A DNA stretch of 64,000 nt from an uncultured Bacilli bacterium (GTDB lineage Bacteria > Bacillota_I > Bacilli_A > RF39 > UBA660): assembly GCA_963931305.1 (NCBI GenBank), contig OZ006994.1, positions 282,955 to 346,954 on the forward strand, given 5' to 3'. The notes under the pieces are model-generated. The model ran no database searches and had not been told where the DNA came from. It saw only the letters and a program-made list of their open reading frames with translations. The translations under genes were made by a program, and so were the position numbers. Of the stretch, positions 1-10,190 are shown in pieces; position 1 is the first letter of the stretch, and every line of letters starts with the position of its first letter.

Positions 1-35
1 ATGGCAATCGTATTTTACAAATCACCGGTGGATTA

Positions 36-3000
36 GTGAATTATAGCGTTTTTGGTGGTAGTAATGGATATGACGGAGGAAGTAGTGATGGTACTTTATA
101 TGGCTCTTCATATGTTTATATCGGTGGAAATGCTGTCATTGGAAATGATAATTATGTAAATAATAATAGTACTCTTTGGGGTGCAGAAGCTGGATCTGTA
201 TTTGGTAGTGGTAATGGAAATACAAGATATGCAACGATTGGTTCAGTAGATCATTCTAATGTAGTAATTGCTGATCAAGCTGTTGTTAAGAAAAATGTAT
301 ATGGTAGTGGAAACTATGGAACAGCAGGTTATAGTTCAAGTAATAGTTCTACAACGCATATTGAACTACTAGGAGGAACTGTCAATGGATCTATTTTTGG
401 TAGTGGAAATCATAGTGGTTCTGGAAGAAGTGGAAGAGTAACTTCTACCATTTATATTCGATTAAACGGTAGTCATGTCTTAGATTCTATCTACGGAGGA
501 AGTAATCAAGAAGGAACTGTTTACGGAAGTAGTCAAATCACTTTAGAAAACGGAACGACAAAAGATACCTATGGTGGAGGACTTGGTCAAAATACATATA
601 TTAGTCAAAATGTAGATGTTATGGTGGGAACTGAAAATACTTCTAATTTAACTGTAACAGGTGCTGTTTATGGTGGAAGTGCTTTTGGTGTTGTAAATAG
701 TACCACTAAGAATTCAACTGTCAGTTCTTATCCAACCAATGTTGTTGTAAATGCTGGTGATATAGAAAAAGTATTTGGTGGTGGAAAAGGTGATAGTTCG
801 ATTACGCCTTATGTAGCTGGAAATGTGACCGTTACTACCAATGGAGGAGATATTCATTCTTTATTTGGTGGAAATGATGCAAGAGGAGAACCAAATGGAG
901 ATGTCACTGTTTATTTAAATGGGGGTATCATTGAAAATGCTTATGGGGGAGGAAATAATACCCTTGTTACCAATACTTTAGTCTATCAAAAGGGAGCAAC
1001 AGTTACTTCTTTATTTGGTGGTAGTAATCAAAGTGGTAATGTCAATCGTTCACAGATTTATATAGATGGAGGTTATACTGCAAATTTATATGGAGGTAAC
1101 AATGTTGGTGGAAGAACTACTACGACTGAGATAGAAATGACTTCTGGTGAAGTTTCTACTATGTATGGTGGCGGTAAATTAACAGATACCAATACCAGTC
1201 AAATTACTGTATCAAATGGTGTTGTCTCTAACATTTATGGTGGAGGAGAACAAGCTAATATGGTAGATGATACCAATATCCATATTACTGGTGGTACCAT
1301 TCAATCTATTTATGGAGGTTCTAATATTTTAGGAAATGTTCCTACCTCTTATTTAACAATTGATGGAGGTAATATTGATAATGTATATGGAGGAAATAAT
1401 CAAGGAGGAATTACTTCAACTACTAATATTGATTTAAATCAAGGAACCATTGGAACTGTATATGGAGGAGGAAATAAGACCTCTACAACCACATCTCATG
1501 TTGATTTAAATGGATCCAATGTAACTGCTATTTACGGTGGAGGAAACCAAGCTGGAGTAACTACAACAAATGTTAACTTAATTACTGGTACTTCAGATTA
1601 TGTTTTTGGGGGTAGTAATACAAGTGGTAGTGTAGATACGACATATATTTCTGCAACCAATCCAACGAATTTATCAGTGAATAACGTTTATGGAGGAAAC
1701 AATCAAGGTGGATTAACCCATGAGACTTTTATTACCTTAAATGGAGGAAGTTATATTAATCTCTATGGTGGGGGAAATATGGCTCCTACAGATAATACCC
1801 ATGTCACAGTGGATGGTATTGCTATGAATGGTGAATTCTTTGGTGGAGGAAACCAAGCAGAAATTAACTATGATACAAATGTTAAATTTCAAAACTCTAG
1901 TATCGAAGGAGATCTATTTGGAGGCGGAAACCTCGGAGCTGTCTTTGGTAATACCAACGTCTTTATCAGTAATTCACATATCATTAGTAGTATTTATGCA
2001 GGTGGTAATGGAGCAACCGCAATTGTTCATGGTACTACCAAGTTAGATGTCGAAAATAATACCATCGTAGATAAACATGTATTTGGTGGAGGTAACGCTG
2101 CGAATACAGGAATTGAAGGACAAAATAATTCTGTTAGTAAAGTAAATATTGCTGGAGCAACCATCCATGGAAATATTTATGGTGGTGCTAATACAGCAGT
2201 ATTATATGGAATCGTAGAATTAAATATAGGAGAAGTAGATAATACTTTAGTTAAAACACCAATTCGTATTGATGGTACGGTATTTGGTGGAGGAGAAGCA
2301 AATGCTAGTGGAGATCCTAACTACGATTACTCATTTATTAGTGTTACGAAAGGAATACAAATTAAAATTAATGGAAATGGTTATGATGAATTTTATATTC
2401 ATGGTTCTATTTTTGGAAGTGGAAATGCATCTAGTACCGAAGGTTATAGTTATATAGATATTTCTAATTATGGAACTTTTGAAAACTATCAAGAAAATAT
2501 TTCCATTCAAAGAGCAGATATTGTTACATTAAAAAATTCAGCTATTAAATTAGAAGGTACAACCGACCGTACTAATGAATTCTCAACTACTAAGTTTAGT
2601 ATTAGTCGTGTCAAAAAATTAAAAATCGCCAATAATAGTGTTTTATTCTTAGAAAATGGAACAAACTTGTTAGAAAAATGGAATAGTTTAAAAATTGATG
2701 GTGATACCGAAGAAAAAGCAACTGTTACCATTCAAGATGACGGTACAGTTACCAGAAATGTAAACAATCGTGTTTATATGTTAGAAGGAAAAAATATGAA
2801 TATTGCGACCAATGAAGCTGTTACAAGTTATGGAGAAGTAAGTGGTATGACCTTCTTTGGTATGTATCAATTAGATCGTAATAATCGTGTTTTAACCGCT
2901 TTCTATGATAATAAATACGATGCCAATGATACGGTCGCATCAGGAGAATTTTATGCTTTTACATCTGGTAGTTATGTCTTGGGATTACATAATACCAATC

Positions 3001-5027
3001 ACGATATTACAAAAGATGGATTCTATAGTAACTATGAAAATGAAGAAAAAGAAAATACCATCGAAGTAAAATATATTGAACCAACTCCTAGTGATGCTAG
3101 TTATTACATGTGGGTCATTGGAGAAACAGTTACAACTTATGAACTTACTTTAACCGCTTCTAAGTATGCAACCCTAGGAACTTATGAATTACCTCTCGTT
3201 ACCTCTGTTGGAGCAAATACGCAGTTTGAAATTCTAGGATTTAATTATCAAAATCTAGAAGAAGGATTTGAACTAGTAGATCCTGATACCATTGAACGTG
3301 TCAATACAGAAGGAAAAGCAGATGATGTTATGGGACTTCGTATGGAAGCTTCTAATAGTGGTTTTGTAACAAAAGGATATACAGATTTTCAAACCAACAA
3401 TGACACACCAGTTGTCGGGGTTCAAAACTATAAAGCCGAGAACTCTAGTGCGGTACCAAGTTTTATCTTTTATTTATATCATTCTAAGAATTTAACGATG
3501 CAACGTGAATTGGGAACAGTTGTTATTTCTCTTTTGGAAATTAAACCGATTGATGAATTGAATAATGAAGTAACCAGAGTAAATATTAATGTTACTTTAA
3601 ATTCAGCACTTTATGCCAATAATGAGTATGAAGGAGCTATGACTTCTGGAGAAAAATATGATTTATTTGCCTCTACACAGACAAATATTACAAATCAATC
3701 AACGTTGAGTGCTTATTATTCGCTTTATATGGAGACAGATAAGCCATATTACCAACAAGATTATCAACATGCATTAGTATCTAGTTATGTATTTCCAGAG
3801 AAAACAAAAATTACCATGATTGACTTAACAAATGAACCTACTTATTATTATCATGTTATTTCTGAAGAGGATGTTGTAAATGCCAATTTAGAATATCAAC
3901 AATACGGTGAGAGTTCTTATTATTTAAAAGATTTTATAAAAATGGGATCAACGAGTGCTGATAATAATTATCACGAATGGGAAAATATGCAGAAGTATTA
4001 TGATTCTGATTTAGGAATGATTCAAGAAGAGTTTATTTTCATTGTTGATTTTGGAGATACAAATATTACAGGTAATCAAGTAGGGAACTCTTTATTAATC
4101 GAACTTCGTAATGGTGGAAACCAGACTTTAATTGGTGTATTAGGAATTCAACATGCCAATTTAACTTATAATTTATACGATGAACAACAAGCTAAGATTG
4201 ATATTGAAGGAACACTTTCTACTACCGAAGTATATGCTGGAGAGAGTACTGATTTAAATTTAACAACGAACTTTATTCAACCTACGGTGAGTGGATCGAC
4301 TGTTATGGATACAACTTATTTTGATAAGAAGTTAGGAATTCATATTACGATTTATGATGCTAATGGAAATCAATTAAATAATAGTAGTTTACTAGGTTTA
4401 AATTATGAAGTAGATGGTATTACTTATTATCCTCGTATGGATGGAAGTGTTCGTATACCACTTGCTGATAAAGTAGCGAATGTATTTAGTAAAATTAAAA
4501 TTCATACCAATGCTGCAAATTTAGTAAGTGGTACTTATACATTAAAAGTAGAATCGTTTGGTTCTCCGGATGGTATTTATTTTGGAACGACTTCTTCTGA
4601 TCAGTTGGAAATTCCATTTCAATTAATTAATAGTCAATATGGATTAGATGTTTCATTAGACGATACTCAGTTTATGATAGATAAAGATACAGGATTTACA
4701 ATCGATGAGAATAATGCATTAGTATTCCATATGAAATATACATCAAGTTTAGAAAATCCGAATATTAGAGTGCAATTATATCGTAGAAATTATGATGATA
4801 TCTATACAACAAAGTATACGAGTGTTGATTTATTGGATTATGTAACCAATCAAATGGAAGAGACACAAGAATTCGAATATATGTTTGAAGAAAATCCAAC
4901 TGGAAATATGGATAAATTCCTCTATTTAAAAGACCAGTTGACAAGTGGTACTTATAAATTTGTATTTAGACTTTATGATAATCAAACTTTTATTGGAGAT
5001 TCGATAGAATATGTTATAATAAAATAG
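36..5027 (+). CDS. Giant secreted/surface protein, 5'-partial at the window edge. The N-terminal ~800 aa are ~20-22-residue repeats centred on (V/I/L)(Y/F)GG(G/S)N, right-handed beta-helix-like. The C-terminal ~850 aa is non-repetitive.
   Basis: The open frame runs from position 3 with no upstream stop, so the true start lies outside the window. Dozens of GG(S/G)N repeat units are visible by eye. It lies upstream of the SipW cluster. Confidence 0.6.
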   Translation: MNYSVFGGSNGYDGGSSDGTLYGSSYVYIGGNAVIGNDNYVNNNSTLWGAEAGSVFGSGNGNTRYATIGSVDHSNVVIADQAVVKKNVYGSGNYGTAGYSSSNSSTTHIELLGGTVNGSIFGSGNHSGSGRSGRVTSTIYIRLNGSHVLDSIYGGSNQEGTVYGSSQITLENGTTKDTYGGGLGQNTYISQNVDVMVGTENTSNLTVTGAVYGGSAFGVVNSTTKNSTVSSYPTNVVVNAGDIEKVFGGGKGDSSITPYVAGNVTVTTNGGDIHSLFGGNDARGEPNGDVTVYLNGGIIENAYGGGNNTLVTNTLVYQKGATVTSLFGGSNQSGNVNRSQIYIDGGYTANLYGGNNVGGRTTTTEIEMTSGEVSTMYGGGKLTDTNTSQITVSNGVVSNIYGGGEQANMVDDTNIHITGGTIQSIYGGSNILGNVPTSYLTIDGGNIDNVYGGNNQGGITSTTNIDLNQGTIGTVYGGGNKTSTTTSHVDLNGSNVTAIYGGGNQAGVTTTNVNLITGTSDYVFGGSNTSGSVDTTYISATNPTNLSVNNVYGGNNQGGLTHETFITLNGGSYINLYGGGNMAPTDNTHVTVDGIAMNGEFFGGGNQAEINYDTNVKFQNSSIEGDLFGGGNLGAVFGNTNVFISNSHIISSIYAGGNGATAIVHGTTKLDVENNTIVDKHVFGGGNAANTGIEGQNNSVSKVNIAGATIHGNIYGGANTAVLYGIVELNIGEVDNTLVKTPIRIDGTVFGGGEANASGDPNYDYSFISVTKGIQIKINGNGYDEFYIHGSIFGSGNASSTEGYSYIDISNYGTFENYQENISIQRADIVTLKNSAIKLEGTTDRTNEFSTTKFSISRVKKLKIANNSVLFLENGTNLLEKWNSLKIDGDTEEKATVTIQDDGTVTRNVNNRVYMLEGKNMNIATNEAVTSYGEVSGMTFFGMYQLDRNNRVLTAFYDNKYDANDTVASGEFYAFTSGSYVLGLHNTNHDITKDGFYSNYENEEKENTIEVKYIEPTPSDASYYMWVIGETVTTYELTLTASKYATLGTYELPLVTSVGANTQFEILGFNYQNLEEGFELVDPDTIERVNTEGKADDVMGLRMEASNSGFVTKGYTDFQTNNDTPVVGVQNYKAENSSAVPSFIFYLYHSKNLTMQRELGTVVISLLEIKPIDELNNEVTRVNINVTLNSALYANNEYEGAMTSGEKYDLFASTQTNITNQSTLSAYYSLYMETDKPYYQQDYQHALVSSYVFPEKTKITMIDLTNEPTYYYHVISEEDVVNANLEYQQYGESSYYLKDFIKMGSTSADNNYHEWENMQKYYDSDLGMIQEEFIFIVDFGDTNITGNQVGNSLLIELRNGGNQTLIGVLGIQHANLTYNLYDEQQAKIDIEGTLSTTEVYAGESTDLNLTTNFIQPTVSGSTVMDTTYFDKKLGIHITIYDANGNQLNNSSLLGLNYEVDGITYYPRMDGSVRIPLADKVANVFSKIKIHTNAANLVSGTYTLKVESFGSPDGIYFGTTSSDQLEIPFQLINSQYGLDVSLDDTQFMIDKDTGFTIDENNALVFHMKYTSSLENPNIRVQLYRRNYDDIYTTKYTSVDLLDYVTNQMEETQEFEYMFEENPTGNMDKFLYLKDQLTSGTYKFVFRLYDNQTFIGDSIEYVIIK

Positions 5028-5037
5028 GAGGGTTTGT

Positions 5038-5163
5038 ATGAATGTAGAACAAGTAAAAACAAGTGAATTATTGGAATGTTATCAATTAATTCAGAATTAT
5101 TTAAAACAATTAGAAACAGAGAAAAAAGAAGTGGAGAAAGATTTAAATGAAGGAACAAATTGA
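5038..5163 (+). CDS. Small hypothetical protein (41 aa, MNVEQVKTSELLECYQ...), translationally coupled to the next gene.
   Basis: A strong RBS (TAGGAGGG) lies 7 nt upstream of the ATG. The stop overlaps the start of the 5147 ORF. It is not in the ORF track because it is under 60 aa. Confidence 0.3.
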   Translation: MNVEQVKTSELLECYQLIQNYLKQLETEKKEVEKDLNEGTN

Positions 5164-6700
5164 AAAAGAGATTTCATTAAGTCAAGAAGTATTTCAAAGC
5201 CTTCCTACGAATAATATTAAGAATCGTAAAAAGTTTTTGACGGAAATTGAAAAAGAAATTGCTCATTATCAAGAACAATTAAACACAATTTATCAAGAAC
5301 TTGAAAACAGACAAAAACCATATATTGGTTTACAAGAAGATCAATATCCAGAGTATGATGATGCATTATTACAATTGACAAAGGCTTTACAGTATACGAA
5401 TAACTTAAGTACTGCTTATGAAAAATTAAAATTAGATAAAAGTATTTATCATTTAAATCATTATCAAGCAAGTGATTTAAAAGAAAATAATAAAACATTA
5501 AAACGTATTGTCGATGTATTTAAGAAAGCAGGTATTCCATTACAAAGTAAAGATTTTACATATACAAAATTTGTTACAGAGTATATGGAATCCTTCTTCT
5601 CTTATCAATATTATTTAGATAGTCGAGATTTAGAGAAAGTATTTGAAAACTTATATTGGAAAGATCCATATTTAATTTTAGAAATTGAATTAAATATTCG
5701 TCATCTATATTTAAAAAATCAAGTTAAGTTTGAGAAATATATTAAAAATTTAACTCGTCAATTATTAACACAATTTGAAAAAGGTGAGAAAAATATCATT
5801 GATGATTATGCTTACTTAAGGCATAAGTTAGAACAACTACAATTAGAAAATCGTAATAATTTATTGTATCATTTTGTGAATGATGATTATCATGTAGAAG
5901 ATTATACAGAAGAGAAGATTCATTCACTGATAAAAAAATATTTTATTTCTTATCAAGAAGGTCAAAATTTAGATGAGATATATGAAAATACGTTAAAGTT
6001 ATTACATTCGTTAGAAGAATATCGTAATTATCGTATTTGTGAACCATTTATTGAAAAAATGAAGAAATTGTATCATGAACCATTAGAAAAAAATATAATA
6101 TCAAAACATGAGAAAAAGATTCGTGAATTAGAAAAGAAGTTATTTAAATTAAATAAGAAGTCTACAAATTCTTTGAAAAAGACAAAAGTAGATGAATTAG
6201 AACCTAAAATTAATCAAGTGATTCAGGAAATTCATGAACAATATACAGAAATTGATAAAGTTATGTTTCAATATGTATTAAAGGAACATATTCGTGATAA
6301 TTCTACAATTTTTAAAGCATTATTGTTACTGAGTCAATATTATTGGTTTATAGCAGATTTATGTCGAGAGCAAGATGCAAATAGTGATTATGAGACAATT
6401 GATAATAACTATCAACAATTATTATCTTTTGTGTTAAATCCTGATAATACGATGATTAATAATATTACTATGGTAGGAGATATCGATATTTCTGATATGG
6501 TTATTTCTAATTATCAATTGTTGGGAATACAAATTACAAAAGATATGTTAGAAGATAATAATTTAACGTTGTGTATGGAAGATTTAAAAAAGATTTTAAT
6601 CTATCATCAATTACAAAAATTTGATATTTCAATTTCATCTTTGATGGATATGAAAAAAATTCAGAAAATTATGGAAGCTAATAATTCCATGTCTAAATAA
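5147..6700 (+). CDS. Hypothetical coiled-coil-rich protein (517 aa)
   Basis: Long ORF, same strand as its neighbours, heptad-like K/E/L-rich composition. No motif recognised. Confidence 0.45.
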   Translation: MKEQIEKEISLSQEVFQSLPTNNIKNRKKFLTEIEKEIAHYQEQLNTIYQELENRQKPYIGLQEDQYPEYDDALLQLTKALQYTNNLSTAYEKLKLDKSIYHLNHYQASDLKENNKTLKRIVDVFKKAGIPLQSKDFTYTKFVTEYMESFFSYQYYLDSRDLEKVFENLYWKDPYLILEIELNIRHLYLKNQVKFEKYIKNLTRQLLTQFEKGEKNIIDDYAYLRHKLEQLQLENRNNLLYHFVNDDYHVEDYTEEKIHSLIKKYFISYQEGQNLDEIYENTLKLLHSLEEYRNYRICEPFIEKMKKLYHEPLEKNIISKHEKKIRELEKKLFKLNKKSTNSLKKTKVDELEPKINQVIQEIHEQYTEIDKVMFQYVLKEHIRDNSTIFKALLLLSQYYWFIADLCREQDANSDYETIDNNYQQLLSFVLNPDNTMINNITMVGDIDISDMVISNYQLLGIQITKDMLEDNNLTLCMEDLKKILIYHQLQKFDISISSLMDMKKIQKIMEANNSMSK

Positions 6701-6740
6701 ATGAATTTATGGTAGAATGTATATAAAGGAGTAGAAAAAA

Positions 6741-7274
6741 ATGAAGAAAGTTTTAAAGTGTATTTTAGGAATCATAGGAATATGTTATTTTGCAGTTGTA
6801 ATTGTAGTAACTGCTTGTTTACTTTGTTATAATCAATATAAAGTAACAGAAATGTTTGGTTATACATTTGTTATGATAGATGATAATTCTGATATGTATA
6901 ACAATGGTGATTTAGTGTTATTTCAGGAAAATGAATTAAATGATATTCGTCGTAATGATACGATTTTCTTTTATGAAGTAACCAATGGAGTTGCAAGTAT
7001 TCGTTATGGAACGGTAACTGAAATAATGCCAGTTACAAATGAAGAAAAGACATTTACTATAAATAATAATCATGATATTTCTAGTGAAAGTTTAATTGGA
7101 AAGACAGATACTGCCAAAGTAGTTCCAAAACTAGGACAAGTATTAACGGTATTAGAATCAAGATTTGGCTTTTTAATTCTTGTGATTTTACCAACATTAA
7201 TTCTATTCTTATATGAGTTATATCGTGTGATTGTAGAGATTAAAACGCCAATTGATGATGAAGAAGACGAATGA
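6741..7274 (+). CDS. SipW-like (ER/archaeal-type signal peptidase I) paralog lacking the catalytic Ser and His; a predicted pseudo-peptidase
   Basis: Same architecture as the true SipW at 7864: N-terminal TM, the ...GDL(V/I)... core, a C-terminal TM. Where SipW has SNSMAP it has D-N-S-D-M. Where SipW has VTHRV it has VASIRY. Confidence 0.5.
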   Translation: MKKVLKCILGIIGICYFAVVIVVTACLLCYNQYKVTEMFGYTFVMIDDNSDMYNNGDLVLFQENELNDIRRNDTIFFYEVTNGVASIRYGTVTEIMPVTNEEKTFTINNNHDISSESLIGKTDTAKVVPKLGQVLTVLESRFGFLILVILPTLILFLYELYRVIVEIKTPIDDEEDE

Positions 7275-7843
7275 AAAAGATACTAATTACGATCAGTATC
7301 GTCTTTTTCGTTTTTACTGTACTGCAAATTGGAAATAGTTTTGGTGTATTTGAAACAAAGATTGAAAATGAAAGTGAGTTAGAGATTGCAAAATGGAATA
7401 TCTATGTTAATGATTATGATTTAAATGGTAATCAACAAACATTTTATGTCGATGAGATTACTTATCAAGATCAAAAAGGAAATTCTGTAGATTACTTTGC
7501 CCCTGGAGTAACAGGATCATTTCTAATTGTGATTGATCCTAAAAATACAGAAACCGCATTTACTTATTCGCTTTCTATCGATTTGAGTCAAAATGATTAT
7601 GAACAAATACAAGTAGATGAAATAAAAGGATTGAATGGGCTGCAATTGACAGAACAAAATGGTGTATATAGTCATTTAGTTACGTTACCATCTATTGAAA
7701 GTGGAATAAAAGATACGATTCAAGTAACTTTTCATTGGGAGATGGATGAGAAATATAATGACAGTGATTCTTCTTTAGGACAAGATCCAGATAGTCAATT
7801 TAAAATACCAATTTCCATTCAGTTTGAACAATATATGAATTAG
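7271..7843 (+). CDS. Secreted protein with SipW-cognate-type signal peptide (...QIGNSFGVFETK...)
   Basis: N-terminal hydrophobic segment followed by an (A/G)xF(E/S/T) motif, as in TasA/CalY-class substrates. Overlaps its neighbours by 4 nt, so it is in an operon. Confidence 0.5.
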   Translation: MKKILITISIVFFVFTVLQIGNSFGVFETKIENESELEIAKWNIYVNDYDLNGNQQTFYVDEITYQDQKGNSVDYFAPGVTGSFLIVIDPKNTETAFTYSLSIDLSQNDYEQIQVDEIKGLNGLQLTEQNGVYSHLVTLPSIESGIKDTIQVTFHWEMDEKYNDSDSSLGQDPDSQFKIPISIQFEQYMN

Positions 7844-7863
7844 AATAAAAGGGTGGTGATCTG

Positions 7864-8436
7864 ATGCAACAAGAGATAATTTATAAAATTGCTAAAATAC
7901 TTGGAAATGTATTGTTTGCTATTTTAGGGTTAATTTTAATGATTTGTTTGTATTCTTTTGTTAGTGTAAAAATATTTTCTCATAAATATGTGAATTTATT
8001 TTCTTATACTTTCTTTCAGATTGCCAGTAATAGTATGGCTCCTGCCATTACTACTAATGATTTAATTGTTGTTCATTTAAATGATGATATTAAAGAAAAT
8101 GATATTGTTACATTTGAAGATGGAGATTCATTTGTGACACACCGTGTGATATCAGTAACAGATCAAGGATATATTACCAAGGGAGATGCAAATAATAGTG
8201 AAGATCAAGCAATTTTAAAAGAACAAGTAGTAGGGAAAGTCGTGCAGATTCTTCCTAATTTTGGAGTATGGTTTAAAGTAATTACAACTCCTAAGATTGT
8301 AATACTTGTGTGTATTACACTATTATGTTTTTCTCTTGCTTTTTCTTATACTGGTAAAAAGTATTTATCGAAAAATGATGATTTTGGTATCTACTATTCT
8401 GGAATTCAAATGAAAAAGGAGCATTCAGATGATTGA
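7864..8436 (+). CDS. sipW: Signal peptidase I, SipW (ER/archaeal) type
   Basis: N-terminal TM. SNSMAP box (catalytic Ser), THRV box (His), KGDANNSED box. C-terminal TM. Sits between genes whose products carry cognate signal peptides. Confidence 0.75.
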   Translation: MQQEIIYKIAKILGNVLFAILGLILMICLYSFVSVKIFSHKYVNLFSYTFFQIASNSMAPAITTNDLIVVHLNDDIKENDIVTFEDGDSFVTHRVISVTDQGYITKGDANNSEDQAILKEQVVGKVVQILPNFGVWFKVITTPKIVILVCITLLCFSLAFSYTGKKYLSKNDDFGIYYSGIQMKKEHSDD

Positions 8437-8983
8437 TAAAAAGAAATTTTTATATTTTAATCGTATTACGATTGCAGTGATAGGTATTTTTCTTTTGTTA
8501 TCTATTACTCAGTTTGCTTTTTCTAGATTTTATACAGATAGTCATGGAGAAGCAATTAGTGAAATTGCCTTTTATACGATTCATCCTGGTAGTCAAACAC
8601 AGAGTTTAAAAATGTTTGATATCAAACCAGATGGAAAAGATTATATTTATGATATTCAAGTTTCTAATACCAAAGATGGGAATGTAAGTGAGGTAGATTT
8701 AGAGTATCAACTTTCATTACGAACAACGACGAATATACCCGTTGAGTATAAGATTTATTTAAATGGTAGTGTTGATAATAGTTTAAATCAACGAGAAATA
8801 ATACAAGATGAAGATGGTATGTATTTCTTTTTGTTTCACGCAAATACGAATTATTTTGATAAAAATATAGAAAAGACAGATGTTTATCGTTTAATTGTTA
8901 ATTTTCCAAAAGAGTATAATCAAGAAGAATATCAAGATTTAATTGATAGTGTAGAAGTAACGATTGATGCCAAACAAGTGTAA
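8429..8983 (+). CDS. Membrane-anchored/secreted protein with SipW-cognate-like N-terminus (…ITQFAFSRFYTDSHGEA…)
   Basis: ATGA overlap with sipW. N-terminal TM followed by an AFSRFYTD motif. Confidence 0.45.
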   Translation: MIDKKKFLYFNRITIAVIGIFLLLSITQFAFSRFYTDSHGEAISEIAFYTIHPGSQTQSLKMFDIKPDGKDYIYDIQVSNTKDGNVSEVDLEYQLSLRTTTNIPVEYKIYLNGSVDNSLNQREIIQDEDGMYFFLFHANTNYFDKNIEKTDVYRLIVNFPKEYNQEEYQDLIDSVEVTIDAKQV

Positions 8984-9080
8984 ATTTAAAAAAAATGTCG
9001 AAAATGTATTGCGATATAAAATCAAGATATGATAAAATGTGTATAGTAAAAGATATAGTAGAATAGGTAGGGATTTTTTT

Positions 9081-10109
9081 ATGGCAAAAACAAAAAAACA
9101 AAAAAAAGCTCAGATGAAGAAAAGAAGATTGTTATTATCTCTTCTTCTATTAGTCGGAACAGGTGTATTCCTTGGTACTGCCACTTATGCATGGTTTACT
9201 GCGAATCAAACAGTTGCTGTAAATCCAATTGATGTAAATGTTGCAGCTCAAAGTGGTTTACAAATTTCAGCAGATGGAAAGAATTGGAAATCAATTTTAA
9301 CTACGACAGATATTACAAGTGCTAGTGGTACTTATGCAGCAGCTAAAAACCAACTTCCAACACAGTTGGCACCAGTATCAACAGCAGGTGTTATGAATGC
9401 GGATGGAAAGATGGAAATGTTTTTAGGATCTGTCACTTCTAATGAAGATAGTGGTAACTTTATTTTATCAGCATCAAAAGAAACAGATGCAAATGGAACA
9501 ACAGGAAATTATGTTGTATATGATATGTTCTTACGTACTGAAGCTGCTGGACCAGTTTATTTGACAACAAATTCAGGAATTTCATTTGCTGATGATCAAG
9601 ATAATGGTATTAAAAATGCGACACGTGTTGCCTTTGCAGTATTAGGTAATACGAGAAGTGATGATACAATTTCAAAAATTCAAGGATTAAATAGTGGTGC
9701 TGCATCACCAGTTACTATTTGGGAACCAAATTTTGATGATCATACTTCATATGGTGTGGCAAATGCGCGTGATACTTATGGAAATGATACTTTAACGGCT
9801 GGTCCTGGAAACGCTGCGGTTGCTTATGATGGTATTAAAGCAGCATTTGGTACAGATCAAAATATTACACTTGGTAATGCAAACGCTACATCTGCTGCTG
9901 CTTATTTCCAAAAAGTTACTCCAACAATTCAAACTGAGGTAGGTTTTTCAGAATATAAGCAATTAGTAACTTTAAGTGCCGGAGTTACTAAGATTAGAGT
10001 ATACTTCTGGATTGAAGGTCAAGATGTAGACTGTGAAAACAATGCATCTGGTGGAAATATTTCATTTGATTTACAAATTAGTAGAAATGATTCTGCTGCA
10101 GGAGCATAA
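9081..10109 (+). CDS. TasA/camelysin (CalY, peptidase M73)-family secreted protein
   Basis: N-terminus MAKTKKQKK…LLLLVGTGVFLGTATYAWFTANQT matches the TasA/CalY signal-peptide region (GGGT(F/W)A(F/A)F(S/N)D). Ala/Gly/Thr-rich mature part. The start was moved to the ATG at 9081; the track ORF starts at 9039. Confidence 0.6.
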   Translation: MAKTKKQKKAQMKKRRLLLSLLLLVGTGVFLGTATYAWFTANQTVAVNPIDVNVAAQSGLQISADGKNWKSILTTTDITSASGTYAAAKNQLPTQLAPVSTAGVMNADGKMEMFLGSVTSNEDSGNFILSASKETDANGTTGNYVVYDMFLRTEAAGPVYLTTNSGISFADDQDNGIKNATRVAFAVLGNTRSDDTISKIQGLNSGAASPVTIWEPNFDDHTSYGVANARDTYGNDTLTAGPGNAAVAYDGIKAAFGTDQNITLGNANATSAAAYFQKVTPTIQTEVGFSEYKQLVTLSAGVTKIRVYFWIEGQDVDCENNASGGNISFDLQISRNDSAAGA

Positions 10110-10137
10110 AAGAATGAATTTTCATTCTTTTTTTTTT
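10110..10137 (+). terminator. Rho-independent terminator after the TasA-like gene
   Basis: AAGAATGAA-tttt-CATTCT hairpin followed by T9. Confidence 0.6.
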
Positions 10138-10190
10138 CATATTCCTATTTTGAATACATATAGTTAATTGAAAGAGAAAGTAGGGATTGA

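Noticed and set aside
1828-2731. Short ORFs (1828-2046, 2269-2457, 2507-2731) inside or antisense to the giant repeat-protein gene
   Set aside because: Embedded in a 5-kb continuous ORF of strong repeat structure. Products are low-complexity. They are artefacts of the repeat and AT-rich sequence.
5217-5498. Antisense 93-aa ORF within the 517-aa gene
   Set aside because: No RBS. Opposite a long coding frame. Composition typical of AT-rich antisense.
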